From positions 74,575 through 138,574 of the forward strand of contig CAAGCB010000029.1 in the NCBI GenBank assembly GCA_900768185.1: a DNA stretch of 64,000 bases, read 5' to 3'. Position 1 is the stretch's first letter; every line of letters starts with the position of its first letter. Under the pieces are notes generated by a model. The model ran no database searches. It saw nothing but the letters and a program-made list of their open reading frames with translations, and had not been told where the DNA came from. Below, one piece after another: positions 37,600-46,313 of the stretch. The stretch is from Alphaproteobacteria bacterium. GTDB lineage: Bacteria; Pseudomonadota; Alphaproteobacteria; CAAGCB01; CAG-977. A program made the translations under genes and the position numbers.

Positions 37600-38484
37600 T
37601 TATTTTACCACGGATCCCGAAATACCGGAAAGATTTTTTTCGTCTTTTTCCGCTTCCCGCGCCAAAGACAGCAGGGTTACGCCGACGCGGCGGTTTTGCG
37701 GGGCTTTCGGATCTTTTTTCAAAAGCGGTTCCGTGGCGGCTTTACCGACGACGCGCACGATTTTTTCGTCTTTGACGCCCAGCGCGATCAGGCGGCGGCG
37801 GAAAGCCAAAGCCCGCCGCGACGACAGTTCCCAGTTTGATTCTCCGTTTTTCCCGATAAACGGCGCGGCGTCCGTGTGTCCTTCAATCGCCAATTTATGG
37901 GGCATCTGTTTCAAAACATTCGCCAGCAACGCGGTCAGCCGTTCTCCGTTCGGCGTCAAAACGTCAGATCCGACCATGAAAATCGACTGTTCCAGCCGAT
38001 CCGTCAGCTGAATGTTCAGTCCGTCTTTCGATCTGTTGATGATCAGGCTGTCGTGCAGTTCCATCAACGCGGGATCGGACTGCATGGCTTCCATTAACGC
38101 GATTCGGGCGCGGTCAAACAATTCCTTTTCGATTTCGACCAGCCGTTTCGCGTCGGGTGAAAAAACGGGATATTCGTTGGAACCGTCAAATCCGACAAAA
38201 GGAAAAGCTTGCGGCGCCGCCGCCGTTTCCAGACTTTCCGTGCCGCCCGTCAAAATGGAAACGCCGCCCGCCGTTGACGAGTTCATAATCGATCCCGTCG
38301 TGAAATACTGGGCGATGCCCGCTTTTTGTTCTTTGCTGGCGGTTTGCAAAATCCACATCAGCAGGAAAAAAGCCATCATCGCCGTCATGAAATCGGCGTA
38401 AGCGACTTTCCACGATCCGCCGTGGGCGTCGTGTTTGCCTTTTTTAATCCGTTTGACGACGATCGGACGGTTGTTGTCGGTCAT
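37600..38484 (-). CDS. motB: Flagellar motor stator protein MotB
   Basis: Trimmed to the ATG at 38484 (MTDNNRPIVVKRIKKGKHDAHGGSWKVAYADFMTAMMAFFLLMWIL). C-terminal OmpA-like domain. Confidence 0.8.
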   Translation of the reverse strand: MTDNNRPIVVKRIKKGKHDAHGGSWKVAYADFMTAMMAFFLLMWILQTASKEQKAGIAQYFTTGSIMNSSTAGGVSILTGGTESLETAAAPQAFPFVGFDGSNEYPVFSPDAKRLVEIEKELFDRARIALMEAMQSDPALMELHDSLIINRSKDGLNIQLTDRLEQSIFMVGSDVLTPNGERLTALLANVLKQMPHKLAIEGHTDAAPFIGKNGESNWELSSRRALAFRRRLIALGVKDEKIVRVVGKAATEPLLKKDPKAPQNRRVGVTLLSLAREAEKDEKNLSGISGSVVK

Positions 38485-38494
38485 GGTAAAATCC

Positions 38495-39346
38495 TTATAT
38501 TTTTTCGCATGCCGCGTCCAGTTCGGCGAATGTCGGACGGATTTCGGGCGGCAGGGACTTGCGCGCGAATTCGATGGATACCTGCGGGGCGTAACCTTCA
38601 ATGTGTCCCATCAGGGCGGTTTTGATCAGCGTCAGGTATTCCAGTTCCGGCGTCGCCGTGTTGCCGACCGCGGCGGACAGAGGGGCGACAAAACCGTAAG
38701 CCATCAGCACGCCGAAAAACGTCCCGACCAAAGCGGCGCCGATCAGGTTGCCCAAGACTTCGGGCGGTTCGTTCAGCGCGCCCATCGTGTGAATGACGCC
38801 TAAAACCGCGGCGACGATGCCCAGTCCCGGCAAAGCGTCCGCCACGCGGTTCAACGCCGTCGACATCGCTTCCTTTTCATGCGCGATGCCGTCCATTTCC
38901 GAATCGATGACGGATTCGACTTCGTGCGGCGTCAGCGATCCGAATGTCAGCAGACGCATGTAACCCGTCATGAAATCCATGGCTTCGCGGTTTTTGACGA
39001 TTTGAGGGAATTGTTTGAAGACGTCGCTGCTTTCCGGTTTTTCGATATGGGATTCCAGAATCATGTTGCCTTTGGCGCGCGCCAGTTTGAAAAAGGAATA
39101 CAGCATCAAAAGCGCGTCCAGATAGCTTTTTTTGTCATAGCGCGGTTTGGAAAAAACGCGGGGCAGGGTTTTCAGCGTGCCGAACACGACCGCGGGCGGA
39201 TTGGAAATCAAAAAAGAGCCGAACGCCGCGCCGCCGATGATGACAAATTCACCGGGCTGCCATAACACGTTTAAATGTCCGCCGCCCCACAGATAACCGC
39301 CGACAACGCTGCCCGCGACAACCAATAATCCGATTAAAGGAAACAT
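38495..39346 (-). CDS. motA: Flagellar motor stator protein MotA
   Basis: MFPLIGLLVVAGSVVGGYLWGGGHLNVLWQPGEFVIIGGAAFG, 4-TM MotA/TolQ/ExbB family, immediately upstream of motB. Confidence 0.85.
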   Translation of the reverse strand: MFPLIGLLVVAGSVVGGYLWGGGHLNVLWQPGEFVIIGGAAFGSFLISNPPAVVFGTLKTLPRVFSKPRYDKKSYLDALLMLYSFFKLARAKGNMILESHIEKPESSDVFKQFPQIVKNREAMDFMTGYMRLLTFGSLTPHEVESVIDSEMDGIAHEKEAMSTALNRVADALPGLGIVAAVLGVIHTMGALNEPPEVLGNLIGAALVGTFFGVLMAYGFVAPLSAAVGNTATPELEYLTLIKTALMGHIEGYAPQVSIEFARKSLPPEIRPTFAELDAACEKI

Positions 39347-39464
39347 TCGGCACTCCTTTCCGATTTGCGCTTTTGTGAAAAAACAACGCGTTTTTTAAAG
39401 CATTTTTTGCAAATTGTTCTTAAAAATATCCTAAGAACTTTGATAAAAAGAAAGGAAGCGTTTA

Positions 39465-40889
39465 ATGACGGCGCGGGAAATCACGGAAAAATTGTTCTTT
39501 GAACGTCTGGACAAGACGCGGGCAAAAAAAATCGTTCAAGACGCTCTGGCGGGGTGCGACGACGGCGAGTTGTTTTTGGAACACGGCTGTTCCGAACGGT
39601 TGACGCTGGACGACGGACGGATTAAAACGGCGGCGTTTGATTCGGCGTCCGGTTTCGGATTGCGCGCGCTGTCGGGCGAAGCCTGCGCCTATGCGATTTC
39701 GAACGAAACGGACGAAGCCGCTTTGAAACGTGCGGCGCAAAGCGTCCGTCCCGTCGGGGCGGGGGCGAACGGGACGCTTTATTTGCCGGAAATCAAAGCG
39801 GCGAAACCGCTCTACGTCGACGCCAATCCGCTGTCGCTGACGCCTTTCGCGGACAAGGTCGCGCTGATGGGGGCGATCGACGCCTATCTGCGCGCCAAGG
39901 ATCCGCGCGTCGTTCAGGTGTCAGCCGTTCTGTCGGGCGAATGGCGCGCGGTTAAAATCCTGCGCGCCGACGGATCGGAAGCCCAAGACGTCCGTCCTTT
40001 GGTCAATCTGATGATTTCCGTCGTCGTTAAACGGGGCGACCGCATGGAAAGCGGTTCTTACGGTTCGGGCGGACGGTTCGTTTATGATCGCCTGATTGCG
40101 GAAAAGGCGTGGAAAGCGTCCGCCGACGAGGCGTTGCGGGCGGCTTTGGTCAATCTGGAATCCGTTCCCGCCCCCGCGGGCGAACTGCCTGTCGTTCTGG
40201 GCAACGGCTGGTGCGGCGTTTTATTGCACGAAGCGGTCGGTCACGGGTTGGAGGGGGATTTCAACCGCAAGGGATCGTCCGTCTTTTCCGGAAAAATCGG
40301 CGAACGGGTGGCGGCAAAGGGCATAACGGTCGTCGACGACGGCACTTTGCCCGACAGACGCGGGTCAATCACCGTCGACGATGAAGGAACGCCGTCGCAA
40401 AGAACCGTTTTAATCGAAGACGGCGTTTTGAAAAACTATATGCTGGATCGCATGAACGCGCGATTGACGAACCGAACCCCGACGGGAAACGGTCGGCGGG
40501 AATCCTATGCCTGCGCGCCGCAGGTGCGTATGACGAACACGTTTATGACGGCGGGGGACAAGGAACCCGACGAACTGATCGCGTCGGTGAAAAAAGGCGT
40601 CTACGCCAAATCGTTCCACGGCGGGCAGGTCGACATCACGTCGGGAAAATTCGTTTTCACGTCGGCGGAGGCGTATCTGATCGAAAACGGCAAAATCACC
40701 GTCCCGATCAAGGACGCGACGCTGATCGGCAGCGGTATCGAGGTGATGAACGCCATTGACATGGTGGCAAAGGACGCGTGTCTGGATCAGGGGATCGGTT
40801 CGTGCGGCAAAGGCGGACAGACCGTTCCCGTCGGCGTCGGTCAGCCGTCCGCGCGTATTTCGAAAATCACCGTCGGCGGGTGCGGATAA
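39465..40889 (+). CDS. tldD: Metalloprotease TldD
   Basis: HEAVGHGLEGDFNRKGSS motif. 474 aa. Confidence 0.85.
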   Translation: MTAREITEKLFFERLDKTRAKKIVQDALAGCDDGELFLEHGCSERLTLDDGRIKTAAFDSASGFGLRALSGEACAYAISNETDEAALKRAAQSVRPVGAGANGTLYLPEIKAAKPLYVDANPLSLTPFADKVALMGAIDAYLRAKDPRVVQVSAVLSGEWRAVKILRADGSEAQDVRPLVNLMISVVVKRGDRMESGSYGSGGRFVYDRLIAEKAWKASADEALRAALVNLESVPAPAGELPVVLGNGWCGVLLHEAVGHGLEGDFNRKGSSVFSGKIGERVAAKGITVVDDGTLPDRRGSITVDDEGTPSQRTVLIEDGVLKNYMLDRMNARLTNRTPTGNGRRESYACAPQVRMTNTFMTAGDKEPDELIASVKKGVYAKSFHGGQVDITSGKFVFTSAEAYLIENGKITVPIKDATLIGSGIEVMNAIDMVAKDACLDQGIGSCGKGGQTVPVGVGQPSARISKITVGGCG

Positions 40890-40957
40890 CCGTCAGTTCT
40901 TGACGACAGGGCGCGATTTGCTTATCCTTTTGCCAAATTTTGCAAAAGGATATAAAC

Positions 40958-42742
40958 ATGTACGCTTTTTATAAAAGGCACGAATATCTGTTCATCGCGC
41001 TGTTCGTTTTGATCGCGCAGGCGCCGTTGCTGTTCATGACAAACGATTTTTATCCCGACACGGACAACTATACCCACGCGCGGCGCGTGCTGGATTTCCT
41101 GATGTCGAAAACGTGGGCGGAAACGCCGTACATGCATTCGAACTATCCGTTCGGCGAAGTGTTGCATTTTACCCGCATCACCGATCTTTTATGGATTTTG
41201 TTCACTTTGCCCCTGATGCCGTTCATGGCGTTGAAAGACGCCGTTTTCTACGGCGGCTACGTTTATCAGGCGGGTATGCTCGTTCTGTCCGCGCTGTCGC
41301 TGGTGTGGGGGGCGAAACCGCTGTGCGGTCCGATCGTGCGTCTGATCGGCGTGTGTTTGTTCTTTGTCCAGCCGTCCGTATCCGAAACCTATATTTTCAT
41401 CAAGCCGGATCATCACGTTTTGGTCGCGTTCCTGACATTTCTGACGGTGGGCGGATTGATTCGCGCGGTGATCGACAAACAGGCGTCCGCGGCGAAAACG
41501 GCGGGAATCGCGGCGGCGCTGTGCTTGTGGGCGTCGGTCGAAGGGGTGCTGATCTATTACGGTTTGCTGGCGTCGCTGGCGTTGCTGTACGTCGTCGGCA
41601 GGGCGGAGATTAAAACGATATCCGTGTTTTGTATGACGGCGTTTTTCACCGCGTTGGCGTGTCTGGTCGTCAATCCGCCGTTCGAAGGCTTCTTCAATCC
41701 CGACAACGGACGGTTGTCTTTTCTGACGGTGTCCGCGTGGGGGCTGACCGCCGTTGCGATGGCGATCGCCGCGGAATGGGACGGGCGGGGCAAGTCGGCG
41801 ACCCCGTGGCGCAAGCTGTCCGTGCTGACCGTTTTGGCGGCGGCGTTCGGCGGATTGTTGCTGGCGGTCTTTTCGCCGTCGGTTGTTTTCGCACCGCATT
41901 TCCCCGACATCATTAACGAAATCTGGGCGAAAGATATTGCCGAATTGCAGCCCGCGACCAAAGAACCGCTGATTTTCTTTTTAGGGGCGTTCTCGTCCGT
42001 TCTGGCTTTGCTTGTCGGGGCGGCGGTGTATAAAATCTGTCCCGAAAAACAGCGCGCGGTTCTGGTTCTGGTCGCCGTTCCGCTGCTGTCGCTGACGGGG
42101 CTGGCGATGACGGTCATTCGTTACTCGCGCTTGTCGTCGCTGTTTTCGCCGTATGTTTTTATGGTGGCTTTTTCCCTGCGCGCGGACAAATATGTTTGTT
42201 CCGAACGCAAACGCGGGGCGTTTTTGTGGGGTGTCTATGTTTTGTTCGCGCTGTATCTGGGGGCGAACTACCATTCCGTGCGTTATGCCATGGGACTGCG
42301 TCGTCCGCCGTTTAATCTGGTCAAGCCCTATCTGCCCGCCGGCGAAGGAAGCGTTCTGTCGGACACGTCGTCGGGACCCGAAATCATCTGGAATCTAGAC
42401 GAAAAAGTCATCGGGACGCCCTATCACCGCAATATCGAAGGCATCGTTGACGATTACATCGCCCTGTTTTCGAACAATCCCGACGAAATGGTCGCCATGC
42501 TGAAAAAACATCGCGTCAAGGCGATTCTGATTTACGCCGAACTGCCGGGGCAGCCGACTTTGTTTTACGATATGCGGTATCGGTACGCTTTTTTTGAAAA
42601 TGCCGATAAAACGGACACTTTGATGTTGAAAATCGTTTCGAACAAGGATTTGCCTTGCGGCGTGACCGAAGAACTGAATACGCCGGCGCCGTTTTTGCTT
42701 TATACCGTCGATTTATCAAAATGTTCAAACAAGGCGGAATAA
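40958..42742 (+). CDS. GT-C-fold multi-pass membrane protein (STT3/ArnT-like glycosyltransferase?), 594 aa
   Basis: The first extracytoplasmic loop motif FYPDTDNYTHARRVLDFL resembles the D-x-D/E-x-x-Y...R loop of GT-C transferases. More than 11 TM helices and about 150-aa C-terminal soluble domain. No WWDYG motif. The ATG at 40958 with an AAGGA RBS is preferred over the track's TTG. Confidence 0.45.
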   Translation: MYAFYKRHEYLFIALFVLIAQAPLLFMTNDFYPDTDNYTHARRVLDFLMSKTWAETPYMHSNYPFGEVLHFTRITDLLWILFTLPLMPFMALKDAVFYGGYVYQAGMLVLSALSLVWGAKPLCGPIVRLIGVCLFFVQPSVSETYIFIKPDHHVLVAFLTFLTVGGLIRAVIDKQASAAKTAGIAAALCLWASVEGVLIYYGLLASLALLYVVGRAEIKTISVFCMTAFFTALACLVVNPPFEGFFNPDNGRLSFLTVSAWGLTAVAMAIAAEWDGRGKSATPWRKLSVLTVLAAAFGGLLLAVFSPSVVFAPHFPDIINEIWAKDIAELQPATKEPLIFFLGAFSSVLALLVGAAVYKICPEKQRAVLVLVAVPLLSLTGLAMTVIRYSRLSSLFSPYVFMVAFSLRADKYVCSERKRGAFLWGVYVLFALYLGANYHSVRYAMGLRRPPFNLVKPYLPAGEGSVLSDTSSGPEIIWNLDEKVIGTPYHRNIEGIVDDYIALFSNNPDEMVAMLKKHRVKAILIYAELPGQPTLFYDMRYRYAFFENADKTDTLMLKIVSNKDLPCGVTEELNTPAPFLLYTVDLSKCSNKAE

Positions 42743-42808
42743 AGTTTTCGACAAAAGAAAAATTTTCTGCTATAATGTGTCCAAATTTGCTGTATGGGGG
42801 AGGAAACT

Positions 42809-43786
42809 ATGACCGATAAAAAGAACGTCTGTCTGGTCGTCAGCGACATTGACAATACGATCGCCGACAAATTCGGCGCATGGGGCAATTCGCTGGATCA
42901 CGCTCTGGACGCTTTGGCGCGTCTGCATAAACGCGACCGCGCTGACATAGAGCGGGATTTGCTGGCGCACGTTCCCGACAGCATGAAGCATATTTCGGGA
43001 CCCTATATCGGCAAGGATCTGCGCATGGACGTCGCGCTGACGCCGTCAATGAAACCGACTTCGCCCGAAATGGAACGCGAGCAGGAAAAAATTTTCCATC
43101 AGTGGGACAAGGAAAAAAGCGTCGCCGAACTGTACGAAGGATCGGCGGCGACTATCCGCAAAATCAAGGCGTCCGGCGCAAAATTCGTTTTATACACGGA
43201 TTCGCGCGAATCCGTGTGCGTTCCGCGTCTGGCAAAGATGGGCATCACGGCTGACATGCTGGACGGGCTGTACGTCCTGCCCGATTTGAAGGACGGTAAA
43301 GTCATTCACAAGCCCGTTCAAGGCAAAGCCGCCGAATTTCGCGCCGCGCTGGGCGACAAGCTGGTCGTTCTGGATCCCAAAACGAACAAACCCAATCCTA
43401 AAAACATGCAGCGGATTTTGGACGATATGGGCGTTAAAGACCCGTCAACCGCGGTTATGGTCGGCGACAATATCCGTTCCGACGGCACGGCGGCGGTCGT
43501 GCTGGGCATGAATTACGCGTGGCAAAAGGGCGGCACGGTCATTGACGACGCGACGATGCGATGCTACAAAACGTTTTGTCAGGATCCGAATTACAAGCTG
43601 ACGACGGCGGAACATTTGGGGCAGATGAACGATTCCAACCGTCCGACCGAGGTTTTGGAAAGCTTTGTCGATATGAACAAGCATTACCGTTTCATGTCGC
43701 AAAACGCTTTGGAACAGACGAAAGCGACCGGAAAGCAAAAAATCAATCCCGCCGTCGTGCGCGGTTTGATTTCCAAAAACAGATAA
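42809..43786 (+). CDS. HAD-superfamily hydrolase
   Basis: Motif I VVSDIDNTI (DxDxT) and motif IV MVGDNIRSD. The second ATG (42809) is used because GGGGAGGAA between the two ATGs acts as its RBS. A TATAAT promoter lies upstream. Confidence 0.6.
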   Translation: MTDKKNVCLVVSDIDNTIADKFGAWGNSLDHALDALARLHKRDRADIERDLLAHVPDSMKHISGPYIGKDLRMDVALTPSMKPTSPEMEREQEKIFHQWDKEKSVAELYEGSAATIRKIKASGAKFVLYTDSRESVCVPRLAKMGITADMLDGLYVLPDLKDGKVIHKPVQGKAAEFRAALGDKLVVLDPKTNKPNPKNMQRILDDMGVKDPSTAVMVGDNIRSDGTAAVVLGMNYAWQKGGTVIDDATMRCYKTFCQDPNYKLTTAEHLGQMNDSNRPTEVLESFVDMNKHYRFMSQNALEQTKATGKQKINPAVVRGLISKNR

Positions 43787-43798
43787 AACCGCGGAATT

Positions 43799-44128
43799 AT
43801 GAGCGAAGAAAAAGAAACGTCGAACGGCGAACAACGGACGGATTACGCCAAAGCGTCTTTCGATATGCTAAAGCGGCTGTGCGACGAATTAAATCGGGCG
43901 CAGTTGCTGAAATACATTGAACTGGTGAGCAACCCGAAAAAATTGTTCTGGCTGAATTTCCTTTCCGGACTGGCGAAAGGATTGGGGTTGACGATCGGGA
44001 CGGCGATTGTGTTAACAATTCTGTTCAAAGTCACCCGACACATCATTTCGCTGAACATTCCGTATATCACGGTATGGGTGTCCGAATGGATTTCGCAGGT
44101 GTCGACGTTGTTGCGCGCAGGTAAATAG
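43799..44128 (+). CDS. Small membrane protein (109 aa), hypothetical
   Basis: Central TM segment LFWLNFLSGLAKGLGLTIGTAIVLTILF. Confidence 0.4.
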   Translation: MSEEKETSNGEQRTDYAKASFDMLKRLCDELNRAQLLKYIELVSNPKKLFWLNFLSGLAKGLGLTIGTAIVLTILFKVTRHIISLNIPYITVWVSEWISQVSTLLRAGK

Positions 44129-44138
44129 AGAGGTTTAA

Positions 44139-44951
44139 ATGGGTGGTAAATTGTTGTTGGCGGCGTTGCTGGCGGCGGTCGCTCCGGCGGCGGCGGAAGA
44201 TTGCGGCGAAAACGAATGCGAACTGCCGCCCGTTCAGATGGCGATTGCGTCGGGGACGGCGCGCGAAATGTTTGAAAACGCTTTTGATTTGATGGATGTA
44301 AACAGCGACGGGTATGTTTCGGAAAACGAATTTAAGCATTTTGTCGACGGAATCGCCGCGAACGGCTTGTTGACTCCCGAACAAAAGGCGGAAAAGAAAA
44401 AACGCGTGGCGGGCATGTTTGATCAATTCGACGTCAACGGCGACAAACGACTGGACAGGGAGGAATTCCTTGCGCTGATCGGCAAGGAAGCCGAATACGG
44501 CGTCGCCGAACGGCAAAACCAAATAGAGGCGTTCGCCAAAGATCCCGAATTGGCGATGAAAAAAATGGACGAGGCTTTGAACAGGCTGGACGCGCTGTCC
44601 AAAAAGATGGATTCCATGTCGACGGAAGAAATGGCGAATAATTTTTTAACGAATATTTCTGGTGACATCGCCGATGAAAACTGGTTTCAGATGGACGCGA
44701 ACAAAGACGGGTGCGTGACAAAGGACGAATACGTCGCCTATATGACGAAACCGCAGCCCGCGGGGACGGATCCCATGCTGAACATCACCGGGGAAGAAGC
44801 GGGAATCGGCTATGATGAAGAAAAGAAAGCCAAGCCGAATTGCCTGACAAAGCAGGAATATTTGCGAAATTACAACGAAATGATGTCGGTGGATATCGAC
44901 AAGCTGTTGGCTGACGAGGCGAAAGACGACGCCGCGGCAAACGGGGGTTAG
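44139..44951 (+). CDS. Secreted EF-hand calcium-binding protein
   Basis: Signal peptide MGGKLLLAALLAAVAPAAA. EF-hand loops DVNSDGYVSENE, DVNGDKRLDREE and DANKDGCVTKDE. Confidence 0.6.
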   Translation: MGGKLLLAALLAAVAPAAAEDCGENECELPPVQMAIASGTAREMFENAFDLMDVNSDGYVSENEFKHFVDGIAANGLLTPEQKAEKKKRVAGMFDQFDVNGDKRLDREEFLALIGKEAEYGVAERQNQIEAFAKDPELAMKKMDEALNRLDALSKKMDSMSTEEMANNFLTNISGDIADENWFQMDANKDGCVTKDEYVAYMTKPQPAGTDPMLNITGEEAGIGYDEEKKAKPNCLTKQEYLRNYNEMMSVDIDKLLADEAKDDAAANGG

Positions 44952-46312
44952 TATTTTCCCCCCGCCGCCTTGCAGATATAGTTTTCGTATTTGATCAGCT
45001 GGTATTTTTGTTTGACCAGATCCTTTTTGCCCGCGTTTTCGGAACGCGCGGCTTCCAACAAATCTTTCAAATCCGATTTCCCGACGGCGTAACGTTCGCG
45101 GTAATACGCGGTGACATCTGCTTTGTTCAAAACGTTTTCCTGCGTGTTCGCATAAATTTCCCGCGTTTTTTCATAGGCGAACGCGTAATACGACAGTTCG
45201 TTCAACGCTTGAGTCAGCGCGTCTTTGAAATCAATCAGCGCGATTTGATAGTCGGCTTCCGAAATCCTGACGTTGTTTTTAACGCGGTTCCAATCCAAAA
45301 ACGGCAGGTTCAGCGACACGCTGCCCAGCAAATAGGGAAAATCGAACGTGGATTTCGCGTGTTCCGACGACGACCCGACCGCGCCTTTCAGCGAAATCGA
45401 CGGGTACCAGTTCTTTTCTTCGGCTTTCATGGACGAAAACGCTTTTTTCAACCGGTATTGCGTCGCCGCCAAATCGGGACGGTTCGCCAGAACGGCAACG
45501 GGCGCGTCCAAATTGATCGTCAGCGGTTTTTGCGTCAAAAGCGATCCGAGCCGCAGGTCAAGTTCGTCGGTCGGTTTCAGATTCAGGACGTTGCGCAGGC
45601 TTTGTTCCATTTCCTTGTATTGCGTTTGCGCGTCGAACAAGGCGTTTTCTTCGGAAATCAGGCTTTGGCGCGCCTGCGCGACCTCCAGTCTGTCGATTTT
45701 TCCGCCGTTGAAGCGTTCTTCGGCGATGTTCAGGATTTCACGGTAGGCGACGACGTTGCGTTTCGACAAATTAATCGTGTCGCGCAGATATTCCAGATTG
45801 AAATACAGATCGATCACGCTGTTGACCAACGCCAGCTTCGCGCTGTTTCGGTCTTGGATCGTCGCTTTCAGTGCAAATTCCTGCGCGTCGCGGGCGTCGC
45901 CGATTTTACCGTACAAATCCAGTTCGTAGTTCAGAGCCGGTTCGCCGGAAAAGTTGTTTGTCGAATCCCGCCCCTTGTTCAGCTGTTTTTGCGACGACGC
46001 GCCCAGCGACGCGGTCATGGTCGGGAACAGATCGGATTGTTTGATGTTCAGAGAATACAGCTCTTTTTGAATGTTCAGCGCCGCTTTCAGATAGTCGGGG
46101 TTGTTGGCGATAGCCAAATCGACCAGACGGTTCAGACCGCTGTTGCCGTATTCCGTCCACCATTCGCGGTTCACCGGAAATTTTTCCTGAATTTCCCGCG
46201 TGTAGTTCAATTCCGTTCGCAAATCGGGAACGTCGTATTTTCCCGAAACGCACCCTGTCGTCATCAAAACGGTTGTCGTCAACAAAATGGAAATAAAAGT
46301 TTTCTTTTTCAT
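44948..46312 (-). CDS. Efflux outer-membrane lipoprotein (TolC/NodT family)
   Basis: Trimmed to MKKKTFISILLTTTVLMTTGC (ATG 46312..46310, lipobox). Outer membrane factor repeats. The last gene of the marR-macA-macB-OMP operon. Confidence 0.8.
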   Translation of the reverse strand: MKKKTFISILLTTTVLMTTGCVSGKYDVPDLRTELNYTREIQEKFPVNREWWTEYGNSGLNRLVDLAIANNPDYLKAALNIQKELYSLNIKQSDLFPTMTASLGASSQKQLNKGRDSTNNFSGEPALNYELDLYGKIGDARDAQEFALKATIQDRNSAKLALVNSVIDLYFNLEYLRDTINLSKRNVVAYREILNIAEERFNGGKIDRLEVAQARQSLISEENALFDAQTQYKEMEQSLRNVLNLKPTDELDLRLGSLLTQKPLTINLDAPVAVLANRPDLAATQYRLKKAFSSMKAEEKNWYPSISLKGAVGSSSEHAKSTFDFPYLLGSVSLNLPFLDWNRVKNNVRISEADYQIALIDFKDALTQALNELSYYAFAYEKTREIYANTQENVLNKADVTAYYRERYAVGKSDLKDLLEAARSENAGKKDLVKQKYQLIKYENYICKAAGGKY

Positions 46313-46313
46313 G

